Source of the DNA: Chloroherpetonaceae bacterium
GTDB lineage: Bacteria; Bacteroidota; Chlorobiia; Chlorobiales; Thermochlorobacteraceae
Assembly: GCA_025055975.1 (NCBI GenBank)
Contig: JANWWM010000080.1
Span: 3,635-67,634 of the forward strand
DNA: 64,000 nt
Direction: 5' to 3'
A model generated the notes under the pieces. That model had not been told where the DNA came from and searched no databases. It saw only the letters and a list, made by a program, of their open reading frames with translations. Positions 21,257 to 30,246 of the stretch are shown piece after piece. The position numbers and the translations under genes were made by a program. Position 1 is the stretch's first letter, and every line of letters begins with the position of its first letter.

Positions 21257-22096
21257 TCAATTCACGAAGAAGGTGGTTTTCTTGGCGATGCCTTTTTCGC
21301 CTCTGACGAGGTCGGCGGCATCGGCGTAGGGGTCGTGCTCGAAGAAAAGAATCCAATTTTCGTCGACGGCTTGTTCCAAGAGTTTTTTCTTTTCGTTCAT
21401 AATTTCAAGCGGGTAGAGGTCGTAGCCCATCACCCACGGGAGCGGAATGTGCGTGGCGGTTGGAATCAAGTCGCCGCAATAGCAGATGGATTTCTCGTCG
21501 CCTTTGACGCGCACGAGTTGTTGCGCGCGAGTGTGCGCGTTGGAAACGATGAGATGAATGTCGGGGAAAAGTTCGATTTCGCCATTGACGAATTTCAACT
21601 TGTCGGCTTCCAGAAGCGGAACGAAATTTTCTTTGAGGTAGCTCGCTTTTTCGCGCGGATTGGGATTCATCGCCCACTTGTAGTTTTCCTCTTGGACGTA
21701 GTAAGTGGCGTTTTTGAAGGTCGGAACGAGTTTGCCGTTTTCGCTTTTAACCGCGCCGCCCGCGTGGTCGAAGTGCAGATGCGTAAGAATGACGTCGGTG
21801 ATGTCGTCGGGCGAGAGACCCGCTTTTGAAAGATTTTGTTCGAGGAAGGATTCGGAGATTTTATACATTCCGCGCGCTTTTTCGTCCCACTTTTGCCCCA
21901 TTCCCGTATCGACCAAGATATACTTGCCATTGCCCTTGATGAGCATTGCGCGAGCGGACATATCGATGCGATTTTTCTCGTCAGCGGGATTGGTTTTCTC
22001 CCAGAGGACTTTCGGTACGGTGCCGAACATCGCGCCACCATCGAGGGCGAATCGCTCGCATTCAACCGCGAAAATTTCGTATCGACCGATTTTCAT
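21257..22096 (-). CDS. Metallo-beta-lactamase fold hydrolase (YtnP-like lactonase family)
   Basis: 'LDGGAMFG.VPK.LW', HxHxDH 'HLHFDH', 'GDLIPT..H', 'MGYDLYP', 'FEHDP'. Confidence 0.9.
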   Translation of the reverse strand: MKIGRYEIFAVECERFALDGGAMFGTVPKVLWEKTNPADEKNRIDMSARAMLIKGNGKYILVDTGMGQKWDEKARGMYKISESFLEQNLSKAGLSPDDITDVILTHLHFDHAGGAVKSENGKLVPTFKNATYYVQEENYKWAMNPNPREKASYLKENFVPLLEADKLKFVNGEIELFPDIHLIVSNAHTRAQQLVRVKGDEKSICYCGDLIPTATHIPLPWVMGYDLYPLEIMNEKKKLLEQAVDENWILFFEHDPYADAADLVRGEKGIAKKTTFFVN

Positions 22097-22215
22097 TTTG
22101 AGGCGAGGTTTGATTTTATGATTACAACAACTTTTTTATCTATGTATTTGGTATCATTACCGTCTTTGTCTAAAGAATTGTATTCTAATGTTATTTCTTT
22201 TTTAACTCGCGGTTG
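22093..22215 (-). pseudogene. AT-rich gene remnant (about 40 codons, no start codon)
   Basis: About 25% GC over 22111-22210; reads QPRVKKEITLEYNSLDKDGNDTKYIDKKVVVIIKSNLASK*, and its TGA overlaps the ATG of the MBL gene. Confidence 0.35.
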
Positions 22216-22422
22216 TCATTTCAAACTTGCCCATAACATTAGGTTTTGCGAATTTGTCCCAGAATCACTTTTGAAAGATTCGCAAAGCCAACAAAAAAAG
22301 CATTACGCTTCCGCACAACATTCAAAACTCGCCAAACTTTATCTTGTGAGCGAACCCTCTGCGGAAGCAACCATCCAAACCCATCGTCTCGCTGGGATTG
22401 ATTGCCGCTCTAAACGGGCGAC

Positions 22423-23592
22423 TTACAATCCGAACACGTCCTTGACCTTTTCAAAGGGCGATGTTTTGCCGTTATGCTTTGCCGTCGGGTTGAGGTTCGG
22501 GGATTGGCGCAGTTGCTTCAAGAGTTCCTTGTCGGCAGCGCTGACTTGGCTCGGCACATGTATGTGCAATCTTACGATTTGGTCGCCGCGTCCATAGCCG
22601 TTGAGATGCTTGATGCCTTTTTCGGGAATGCGGATTTCGCGTCCCGATGGAGAGCCGGGCGGAATTTCAATGACCATCGAGCCGTCGAGCGTCGGCACGC
22701 TCATTTTCGCGCCCAAGACCGCGTCGGCGAAACTGATGTTGAGGTCGTAGACGACATTGTCTTCTTCGCGCTTGAAGAAGGGGTGCTCTTCTTCTTCAAT
22801 GACGACGAGCAAATCGCCTGCTGGACCGCCGCGCAAGCCCGCATCGCCTTGTCCGCGCAAGGGAATGTAGTTGCCTTCGCTTACGCCTGCGGGAATAGAG
22901 ACTTTGATGGTGGCTTCGCCTTGCGCGCGCCCTTCGCCATTGCAAGCGTTGCACTTGTCTCTAACGATTCTGCCCTCGCCATTGCACGTGGGGCAAGTGG
23001 TGATGTTGACGAATTGCCCAAACATCGTGCGCGAGACTTGCCGCACTTCGCCCGTGCCGTTGCAAGTTGGGCATGCGTCGTAGTTGCCGTTCTTTGAGCC
23101 TGTGCCGTGGCAAGCGTCGCAGACTTTGAGCTTTCGGATTTTGAGCGTTTTATCGACTCCGTTGGCGATTTCTTCGAGCGTGAGTTTGAGGCGAATTTTG
23201 ATGTCGGAGCCGGGCGCGCCGCGTTGGCGGGAGCGACGTCGACCGCTCGCTTCGGCGAAAGCGTCGCCGAAGGAACTGCCGAAGATGTCGCTGAACGCGC
23301 TGAAAATGTCCTCCATTCCGCCGCGTCCAGCAAAAGGATTTGCGCCTTCGGACGCCGCCGACGTGCCCACGCCCGCGTGTCCGAATCGGTCGTAACGAGC
23401 GCGTTTTTCCTCGTTGCTCAACACCTCGTAGGCTTCGTTGATTTCTTTGAATTTTTCCTCCGCCGCTTTGTTGTTGGGATTGCGGTCGGGGTGATATTGC
23501 ATCGCCAATTTGCGATAAGCTTTTTTGATGTCGTCGATGCTTGCCGAGCGCGGCACGCCTAAAACTTCGTAGTAATCACGCTTTGCGGGCAT
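22423..23592 (-). CDS. dnaJ: Chaperone DnaJ
   Basis: J-domain HPD, G/F-rich region, four CxxCxGxG repeats. Confidence 0.98.
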   Translation of the reverse strand: MPAKRDYYEVLGVPRSASIDDIKKAYRKLAMQYHPDRNPNNKAAEEKFKEINEAYEVLSNEEKRARYDRFGHAGVGTSAASEGANPFAGRGGMEDIFSAFSDIFGSSFGDAFAEASGRRRSRQRGAPGSDIKIRLKLTLEEIANGVDKTLKIRKLKVCDACHGTGSKNGNYDACPTCNGTGEVRQVSRTMFGQFVNITTCPTCNGEGRIVRDKCNACNGEGRAQGEATIKVSIPAGVSEGNYIPLRGQGDAGLRGGPAGDLLVVIEEEEHPFFKREEDNVVYDLNISFADAVLGAKMSVPTLDGSMVIEIPPGSPSGREIRIPEKGIKHLNGYGRGDQIVRLHIHVPSQVSAADKELLKQLRQSPNLNPTAKHNGKTSPFEKVKDVFGL

Positions 23593-23595
23593 TGT

Positions 23596-24243
23596 TTAGT
23601 CTCCTTTCTCTTCGGCTTTTGGTTGTTCCTGCGGTTGTTCTTCTTCGACGGCTTTGGCGACCACGACTTTGGCGTGGCGAATGACCTTGTCGTGAAGCAT
23701 ATACCCCGCTTCGAATTCTTCGACGATGGTGTCGGGCTCCACGTCGGTTCTCGGCGCTTGCGTGAGGGCTTCGTGATAGTTGATGTCGAATTTTTTGCCG
23801 AGCGATTCGATGCGCGACACGCCGCGTTCTTCGAGCGTTTTGAACAATTTTTGCTGAACGAGCTTCACGCCGTCGACGTAGATTTTCGCGTCGGGATTGT
23901 TCGCCAAGAATTTCTCGGCGTTTTTGATGACGCGCTCCAAATCGTCGAGCGTCGGGAGCAATTTTTTGATGATGCCCTCTTCGGCGAATTTGAGGAACGC
24001 CGACATTTCGCGTTCTTTTTGGCGACGGAAGTTTTCGTAGTCCGCCGCTCTGCGATAGAGTTGATCTTTGAAATGGTCGCGCTCTTGCTCGACTTGCGCG
24101 AGTTTTTCTTTCAAGACGTCCAGTTCCGATTTTTCCGTTTCGGGCTTTTCCGTTTCCGTCGGTTGCGCGTCGGCGGCAACGGTTTCCGTCGTCTCGTTTT
24201 TTATTGGTTCGCTATTGGCTTCGATTTTCAGCTCTTCTGACAT
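23596..24243 (-). CDS. grpE: Nucleotide exchange factor GrpE
   Basis: 'RRAADYENFRR', 'LLPTLDDLER', 'FDINYHEA', 'GYMLHDKVIRHAKVVV'. Confidence 0.96.
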   Translation of the reverse strand: MSEELKIEANSEPIKNETTETVAADAQPTETEKPETEKSELDVLKEKLAQVEQERDHFKDQLYRRAADYENFRRQKEREMSAFLKFAEEGIIKKLLPTLDDLERVIKNAEKFLANNPDAKIYVDGVKLVQQKLFKTLEERGVSRIESLGKKFDINYHEALTQAPRTDVEPDTIVEEFEAGYMLHDKVIRHAKVVVAKAVEEEQPQEQPKAEEKGD

Positions 24244-24276
24244 TGTAATCGATTTAAGGTTTGCGATTGAAACTAA

Positions 24277-25329
24277 TTAGGACGACAACGCTTGCGACAA
24301 ACGCTTGGCGATGTAGTCGATGACGCGGACGACTTTGGCGTAGTTCATTCGGGTCGGACCAATCACGCCGACCGCGCCAATCGCGTCGCCCACGCTATAC
24401 TGCGCCGTTACGATGCTACACTCCTTCATTTTGCTATCCAGATTTTCCTTGCCGATGCGAATCGTTACGGACTCGCTCGAGTCGCTGGGGGCGACGGATT
24501 CTTCGAGCAGATGGACGATGACCTTTTCGTTTTCAATGAGCTCGATGATGCCGCGCATTTTTTCGGGCTGTTCGAATTCGGGTTGAGACAATAGGTTTTC
24601 TTTGCCCGAAATGTGCACGCGCTCGGTTTGCGGCTGTTCATCGAAGACTTTGTCGGCGGACTCGATGAAGATGCGCAGCAAGCCCGACCGATCCTCGTAA
24701 TCGGCGACGCGCTCGGCGAAGGTTTGTCGGATTTGTTCGAGCGTCAATCCCGACAAGCGCTCGTTGAGCGCCCGCGAGAGTTCTTCCAGCTTTTGACGCG
24801 AAATTTCGGCGCGCACTTCGAGCATAATGGTTTTCACCAAGCCTGAACGAATCGAGATGATGACCATTACCTTGCTCGACGAGAGCGGCACGATTTCCAA
24901 CTTTTCAAAGATCCCCGTCGAGAGTTTTGGCGACAGCACGATGCCGATTTGCTTGGAAATTTGTCCCAAAATTTTGGACGTGACGCGCAAAATGTCGTCG
25001 GATTGCGTCGTGTTGTCGGCAATCAGTTGATCGATGTTTTGGTCTATTTTGAGCCGCTCCGCTTGGGAGAGTTGCCCGATCCGCATCATATCGTTCACGT
25101 AGAAGCGATAGCCTTTGTCGGTCGGGATTCGTCCCGCCGACGTGTGCGGGTGCGTGATGTAGCCTTCTTCTTCAAGGTCTGCCATCACGTTGCGAATCGT
25201 CGCGTCCGAAAGTCCCAAGTCGGAATGTTTCGCCAAAAAACGCGACCCGACGGGATTTGCCGTCAGGATAAAATTCTGAATGATGAGTTCGAGAACTTCT
25301 CTTTCGCGTTCATTTAACTCCCTTGGCAT
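24277..25329 (-). CDS. hrcA: Heat-inducible transcription repressor HrcA
   Basis: 'PVGSR.L', 'SDATIRNVMADLEEEGY', 'HTSAGRIPTDKGYRFYV', 'GVIGPTRMNY'. Confidence 0.97.
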   Translation of the reverse strand: MPRELNEREREVLELIIQNFILTANPVGSRFLAKHSDLGLSDATIRNVMADLEEEGYITHPHTSAGRIPTDKGYRFYVNDMMRIGQLSQAERLKIDQNIDQLIADNTTQSDDILRVTSKILGQISKQIGIVLSPKLSTGIFEKLEIVPLSSSKVMVIISIRSGLVKTIMLEVRAEISRQKLEELSRALNERLSGLTLEQIRQTFAERVADYEDRSGLLRIFIESADKVFDEQPQTERVHISGKENLLSQPEFEQPEKMRGIIELIENEKVIVHLLEESVAPSDSSESVTIRIGKENLDSKMKECSIVTAQYSVGDAIGAVGVIGPTRMNYAKVVRVIDYIAKRLSQALSS

Positions 25330-25424
25330 ATTAGGAACGACAAAATTTGTGCCGAAATTATCGTTTCACTGGGCGATGACGAAATGTCGCCCGACTGCGA
25401 CAAAAGTTCAGGGTTTGGACAGTT

Positions 25425-25772
25425 TTACCCGCCAAGCCCCAATTCTTTGAGCATATTCAACCCGCCGCCGCTCAACATTCCGCTCGTGGCTTTGGCGATT
25501 TCTTCTTGCGCCATTCTTGCCGACTCCGCGAGGGCTTTGTTGACGGCGGCGACGACGAGGTCTTGTAGCATTTCTTGCTCGTCAGGGTTCAAGAGGTCTT
25601 TTTCGATTTCGATTTTGACGAGTTCGTGCTTGCCATTGGCGATGGCTTTAACCATTCCGCCGCCCGCTTCCGCCGAGACGGTTTTTTTAGCCAATTCGCG
25701 CTGAACCTCCTCCATCTTTTTGCCCATCTCTTGAACCTGTTTGAGCATTCCCGCCATGTCTTTGAGTTGCAT
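25425..25772 (-). CDS. ybaB: YbaB/EbfC nucleoid-associated protein
   Basis: 'AGGGMVKAIANG', 'EMLQDLVVAAVNKAL'. Confidence 0.93.
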   Translation of the reverse strand: MQLKDMAGMLKQVQEMGKKMEEVQRELAKKTVSAEAGGGMVKAIANGKHELVKIEIEKDLLNPDEQEMLQDLVVAAVNKALAESARMAQEEIAKATSGMLSGGGLNMLKELGLGG

Positions 25773-25784
25773 CGTTGGTTGAGT

Positions 25785-27749
25785 TTATGCGTTTTGAGAA
25801 ATTGGCAGTTCGACGAAAAACGTCGTTCCTTTGTCTCTGCCCTTCGATTCCGCCCAAATTCTGCCGCCGTGCAGTTCGACGAGTTCTTTGACGATCGCCA
25901 AGCCCAAGCCCGTCGAACTTTCGTTGCCCGTCGGCTTTGCGGAAAGACGCTGAAACTTGCCAAAGAGTTTCGCTTTGTCCTCTTCGGTCAAGCCTTGTCC
26001 TTCGTCCTTGACGCTTATCAACAGTTGGCTTCGGGCATTCGGTTTCTCTTCTTGGGAGACGGCTCGACCCGCAACCGACGCGCGACAGCCAACGACGATT
26101 TTTTTTCCTTCGGGGCTATACTTCACGGCGTTGCTCATCAAGTTTTCCAAAATTTGAAGCAGGCATTGCCTATCGGCGCGAATGACGAGGTTTGGCTCGA
26201 TTTGCGTTTCAATGGTTTGGGCTTTGGCTTCGGCGCGCGGGCGATAGGTTTCCGCGACGAGCGCGCATAGCTGGCTCGCGTCGACATCAGAAAGGGTCAA
26301 AGAGAATTTGCCCTGCGAAATCGCCGCGTCTTGCAACAGAAGCGTAACCATTTCGAGCATTCGCTCCGTCGAGGCGCGAATGCGTTGAGCGTATTCTGCG
26401 GCTTTCGGCTCTTTGACTGTTTCTTTGAGAAGTTCGGCGAAGCCCAAAATCGCTTGCAAGGGATTTTTGAGGTCGTGCGCCGCTATCGCCAAAAGTTCGC
26501 TCTTCAATCGATTCGCTTCCGAGAGTTCTTGATTGAGGCGCGTGAGTTCAACGTTTTTCTGCCGCTCCAATTCCGTTTCGCGTTTGCCTTGCTCCAACTC
26601 GAAGGCGAGCTGCATGTTTCGGATTTTGCGGTTGGATTCTTCGTTAAAGAGTTCCTTTTCGGCTTCGTAGAAGGCTTCGTGCGCCGAGAGCGCGGATTCA
26701 AAATCGCCAATGGCGCGATACGCCTCGACCATCGCGCGATAGACGTGACAAACGCTGTTTTTCAGTTGCGCCTTCTTGGCGATTCGCAAGGCGTTGCGGA
26801 GCAAGTGCAAAGCCTCTTCGTTTTCGCCGCGTTTCAAGCAAAAATTCGCTTGCTTTTGCAGAACATCGACTTCGACTTGCGCGTTGCCCGATTTTTTCGC
26901 CGCCTTCAGACTTTCGTCGCAAAAAAACATCGCTTCGTTTTCCATCTTCATCGCCTCGTAATTGGCGGCGATGCTCGCCAACGCCATCGAGAGATGATAG
27001 ACGTGATGACATTCCTCGAAGGCGCGCTTGCTTTGGTAGCTGGCTTCGAGAGCTTCCTCGTATCGCTTTTGCTCGTGATAAACGATGCCGATGTTGCCGT
27101 AAGCCATTCCGATGCCTTCCAAAAAGCCCGCTTCTTCGCAGAGTTTGAGGCTCTTGGAGTAGAAGGCGAGCGCGTTGCCCAAATCCCCAACTTTTTGATA
27201 GACCGTGCCGATGGCGTTCAAGGCTTGGGCGATGTCTTCTTTGTCGCCGATTTTCTCGGCGATTTCGAGGCATTTGAGGTAGTAGCCAAGCGACTCGGCG
27301 TAGTTGCCGATTTTGAAATGAAGCCAGCCGACGTTGTTATAGACGGAACGCAATCGCCCCTGCTCGTTTAGCGCGCTGAACGCCTGCATCGCTTCGAGGT
27401 AGAGCATCGCGGCTTTTTGCAAGTTGCCCAAGTAATGATAGGCGTTGGCGACGTTGAACGTGGCGTTGGCGATTTCGACAGGGTCGCCGATTTCGCGTCG
27501 GATTTTTTCTTCTTGCAAAAAGGCATCCAGCGCTTCTTTGTATTGCGAGAGGTGAATGCAATGCAACCCTTTCAATTTGAGGGCGTTGGCTTTGCCGCGC
27601 GCGTAATCGCATTCGGTCGCCAGTCGCAACGCTTCGTCGCATCGTTTGAGCGCGTCGCGTCGCTCCGCTTCGCTCATCGTTTCCGAAGAGGCGGCGTTTT
27701 TGAGCAGGTCGTCAATCGTTTGTTCGATCGATATCGTCGCATTCGTCAT
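25785..27749 (-). CDS. TPR-repeat sensor histidine kinase (no obvious TM segment)
   Basis: About 8 TPR repeats ('YNNVGWLHF', 'LNAIGTVY', 'YGNIGIVY'); H-box 'AHDLKNPL', N-box 'NLMSNAVKYS', 'VKDEGQG', 'STGLGLAIV'. Confidence 0.92.
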   Translation of the reverse strand: MTNATISIEQTIDDLLKNAASSETMSEAERRDALKRCDEALRLATECDYARGKANALKLKGLHCIHLSQYKEALDAFLQEEKIRREIGDPVEIANATFNVANAYHYLGNLQKAAMLYLEAMQAFSALNEQGRLRSVYNNVGWLHFKIGNYAESLGYYLKCLEIAEKIGDKEDIAQALNAIGTVYQKVGDLGNALAFYSKSLKLCEEAGFLEGIGMAYGNIGIVYHEQKRYEEALEASYQSKRAFEECHHVYHLSMALASIAANYEAMKMENEAMFFCDESLKAAKKSGNAQVEVDVLQKQANFCLKRGENEEALHLLRNALRIAKKAQLKNSVCHVYRAMVEAYRAIGDFESALSAHEAFYEAEKELFNEESNRKIRNMQLAFELEQGKRETELERQKNVELTRLNQELSEANRLKSELLAIAAHDLKNPLQAILGFAELLKETVKEPKAAEYAQRIRASTERMLEMVTLLLQDAAISQGKFSLTLSDVDASQLCALVAETYRPRAEAKAQTIETQIEPNLVIRADRQCLLQILENLMSNAVKYSPEGKKIVVGCRASVAGRAVSQEEKPNARSQLLISVKDEGQGLTEEDKAKLFGKFQRLSAKPTGNESSTGLGLAIVKELVELHGGRIWAESKGRDKGTTFFVELPISQNA

Positions 27750-27754
27750 TTTCG

Positions 27755-29191
27755 TCAAATCCAACTTTTCGCAATGGCGATCATTTCCGCCGTTTGTTTT
27801 TCCGAACTTGATTCCGCGTAGAAGCGCACGACAGGCTCGGTGCCGCTAAATCGGACCAAGAGCCATGAGCCGTCGTCGCAAATCATTTTCACGCCGTCGC
27901 GCTTGTCGACGCGGGCGACGGCGCGCCCTGCGACGCTCTTGGGCGTATCGTTTTGAAGTTTGGACAGAAGCGCGTTTTTCTTCTCTTCCGAAAGGCGCAA
28001 GTTTTCGCGCGTTGAGCAAAAATAGCCGTATTCGTCGTAGAGCCGTTGAAGATAGCGCGAGAGCGGCTCTTTGGTTCGCGCCGCGATTTCCACGAAGAGC
28101 AAGCATGCCAAAACGCCGTCTTTTTCGGGAATGTGGCGATAGACGGAAAGCCCGTTGGATTCTTCGCCGCCGACGATCATATCCTCGCGCATCATGATCT
28201 CGCCGATGTATTTGAAGCCGACGGGCACGTCGTAGAGCTTGACGTTTTCTCTTTTGGCGATGGCATCGATGAGGTGCGTCGTGGCGAGGGTTCTCACCAC
28301 GCATCCTTTCCAGTCGGGCTTGTTTTTCAGAGCGTAGTGGAAGAGAATCGCAAGCAATTGGTTGGCTTGCAAATACGCGCCCGTCGAGTCGACGACGGCG
28401 TAGCGGTCGGCGTCGCCATCGTTGGCGATGCCCATCACGAATTCGCCCTTTGCGCCGCGCTCCTTGACGCGCTCGATGAGTTCGGGAATTCGCTCTTGCG
28501 AGGGTTCGGGGGCGCGTCCGCCGAAATACACGTCGCGCCAACCGTGCAAGGTTTCGACTTCAACGCCCAAATCGCGCAAGAACTTGTCCGTGTAACCGCG
28601 CGCCGTGCCATGCATCGCGTCATAGACGATTTTGACGCCTGATTTGGCGATGACGTCGGCATCGACGATTTCCGCGACGCGCTTCAAATACGGTTCGCTG
28701 GGGTCGATGATTTCGATTTTCTTTTCGGCGACGAGATTCTCGAATGGCTCTAATGTTTCGGGCTTCGGGTCGCGCCGATGTTCGGCGTAGAACTCTTCAA
28801 AGTAGCGCTCGAACTTCTTGGTGATTTCGGGCAAGGCAGGCGCGCCGTCGGCGGTGGAAAACTTCAAGCCTTGATATTCGGGCGGATTGTGCGACGCGGT
28901 GAAATTGACGCCGCCGCCCGCTTTGCGCCGACGAATCTCGTAACTGATGACGGGCGTGGGCGCGTCGCGCTCGCAAAGAAACGCTTGAACGCCGTTGGTC
29001 GCAAAAAACTGCGCCGCGAGTTTCGAAAACTCTTCGCCCAAAAAGCGCGTGTCGCGCCCGATGACGAGGCTTTTGAGATTCTCTTCGCGCAAGTAGCGCA
29101 AAATCGCTTTCAGAACGAGCGTGAGATTTTCAAACGTGAATTCGTCGGCGATGATGGCTCGCCAACCCGATGTGCCAAACTTGATTTTCAT
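27755..29191 (-). CDS. Phosphoglucomutase/phosphomannomutase
   Basis: 'FGTSGWR', 'TASHNP', 'DGDADR', 'VGFKYI', 'GGEESNG', 'RFSGTEP'. Confidence 0.95.
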   Translation of the reverse strand: MKIKFGTSGWRAIIADEFTFENLTLVLKAILRYLREENLKSLVIGRDTRFLGEEFSKLAAQFFATNGVQAFLCERDAPTPVISYEIRRRKAGGGVNFTASHNPPEYQGLKFSTADGAPALPEITKKFERYFEEFYAEHRRDPKPETLEPFENLVAEKKIEIIDPSEPYLKRVAEIVDADVIAKSGVKIVYDAMHGTARGYTDKFLRDLGVEVETLHGWRDVYFGGRAPEPSQERIPELIERVKERGAKGEFVMGIANDGDADRYAVVDSTGAYLQANQLLAILFHYALKNKPDWKGCVVRTLATTHLIDAIAKRENVKLYDVPVGFKYIGEIMMREDMIVGGEESNGLSVYRHIPEKDGVLACLLFVEIAARTKEPLSRYLQRLYDEYGYFCSTRENLRLSEEKKNALLSKLQNDTPKSVAGRAVARVDKRDGVKMICDDGSWLLVRFSGTEPVVRFYAESSSEKQTAEMIAIAKSWI

Positions 29192-29208
29192 TTTTGGCGG
29201 TTAGACTT

Positions 29209-29243
29209 TGGTCGTTAATCGTTGGTCGTCGGTTCTCCGTCAT
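29209..29243. repeat. Degenerate 7-bp tandem array (5 units)
   Basis: tggtcgt-taatcgt-tggtcgt-cggttct-ccgtcat. Confidence 0.5.
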
Positions 29244-29247
29244 CGCT

Positions 29248-29275
29248 CGTCGTTCCGAGCGCCAGCGAGGAATCC
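29248..29275 (+). repeat. CGTC-type REP-like palindrome, copy 2
   Basis: cgtcgttccgagcgccagcgaggaatcc. Confidence 0.75.
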
Positions 29276-29286
29276 GCCATGCGCAT

Positions 29287-30240
29287 TCACTTGCTTTCCG
29301 ACTCCGCCTTGATTTCCGCGTCGCTTTGGCTTTCGGCGACTTGCGTCGTTGGTTCAAGCGACGGCGAAACTTGCGCTCCGCTCGGCGAAAGTTCTTTCTT
29401 GGGCTTCGCGTCTTGATAGTTCCATAGCAATCCGCCGATCGAGGCGACGCGCAAAAACGCTCGACTTGCCACAAACGCTTGTTGCGTCAGGGCAAGCGCG
29501 AAAACGCCTGCGCCTGACTTGCCTTCGGGCGCAAGCGCGTGCAACAAAAGCGCAATCAAGCTCACGATGACGAGAAACGCGAACAAAATCCCGTAGAACG
29601 ACGCAAGGTGGCGCGTTACGATTTTCAACGCGCTCGCAAACGCCCTGAACGGACTGGCGTTTTCGGTTACGACTTCAAACTTTGCGACTTCAAAAACGAG
29701 ATAGAAATACGCGCCTTTCAAGAACGCGATTGCTATGCCGACAATCGTCCAAATCACGAGCGGCGCTTCGCTCGTCGCGCTTTCCGCCATTGCGCGCCCA
29801 ATCGCCAAAAAAATCGAGAAGGCGATGAGCGGAGCGAGAAGCGCCAAGCCAAACAGAACCGCGAGCGCGAGAAACCGCCCGACATAGCGCGCTGAATCGG
29901 CGAAAAAATCGGGCGCGGAAAACGTGCCTCGCAAAAGCGTCGCAATCACGCCGCCCGAAAGAAAAACGCTTACGAGCGCATAACCCACGACGAGCCAACC
30001 CAACATCGCCATCAGCGACGAGACGCTCAAACTCGCGTAGTTCAAATCCGAAAGAAACGTGAAATCAAACCCCTCCAACAATCGCGCCGACACGTCGCGG
30101 TTGGCGAACTCTTCGCTCAAAATGTTTTTGAACGCCATCGCGAAGCCAAGCGCGAAGAGAAGGTTGATGGCATAAATCCACGCGCTCGCTTGCCAAACGG
30201 AGAGCGCGCCTTTGAAGCCTCGTTGAATCGCTTTGGTCAT
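29287..30240 (-). CDS. Multi-pass membrane protein of unknown function, co-transcribed with the M1 peptidase
   Basis: About 6 hydrophobic helices; starts 6 nt after the peptidase stop. Confidence 0.75.
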   Translation of the reverse strand: MTKAIQRGFKGALSVWQASAWIYAINLLFALGFAMAFKNILSEEFANRDVSARLLEGFDFTFLSDLNYASLSVSSLMAMLGWLVVGYALVSVFLSGGVIATLLRGTFSAPDFFADSARYVGRFLALAVLFGLALLAPLIAFSIFLAIGRAMAESATSEAPLVIWTIVGIAIAFLKGAYFYLVFEVAKFEVVTENASPFRAFASALKIVTRHLASFYGILFAFLVIVSLIALLLHALAPEGKSGAGVFALALTQQAFVASRAFLRVASIGGLLWNYQDAKPKKELSPSGAQVSPSLEPTTQVAESQSDAEIKAESESK

Positions 30241-30246
30241 ATCGGT

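Noticed and set aside
26021..26092. ~20-aa extra loop in the kinase HATPase domain as an in-frame heptamer-repeat insertion
   Set aside because: The loop appears real, but the nucleotide periodicity is too irregular to support a repeat origin.
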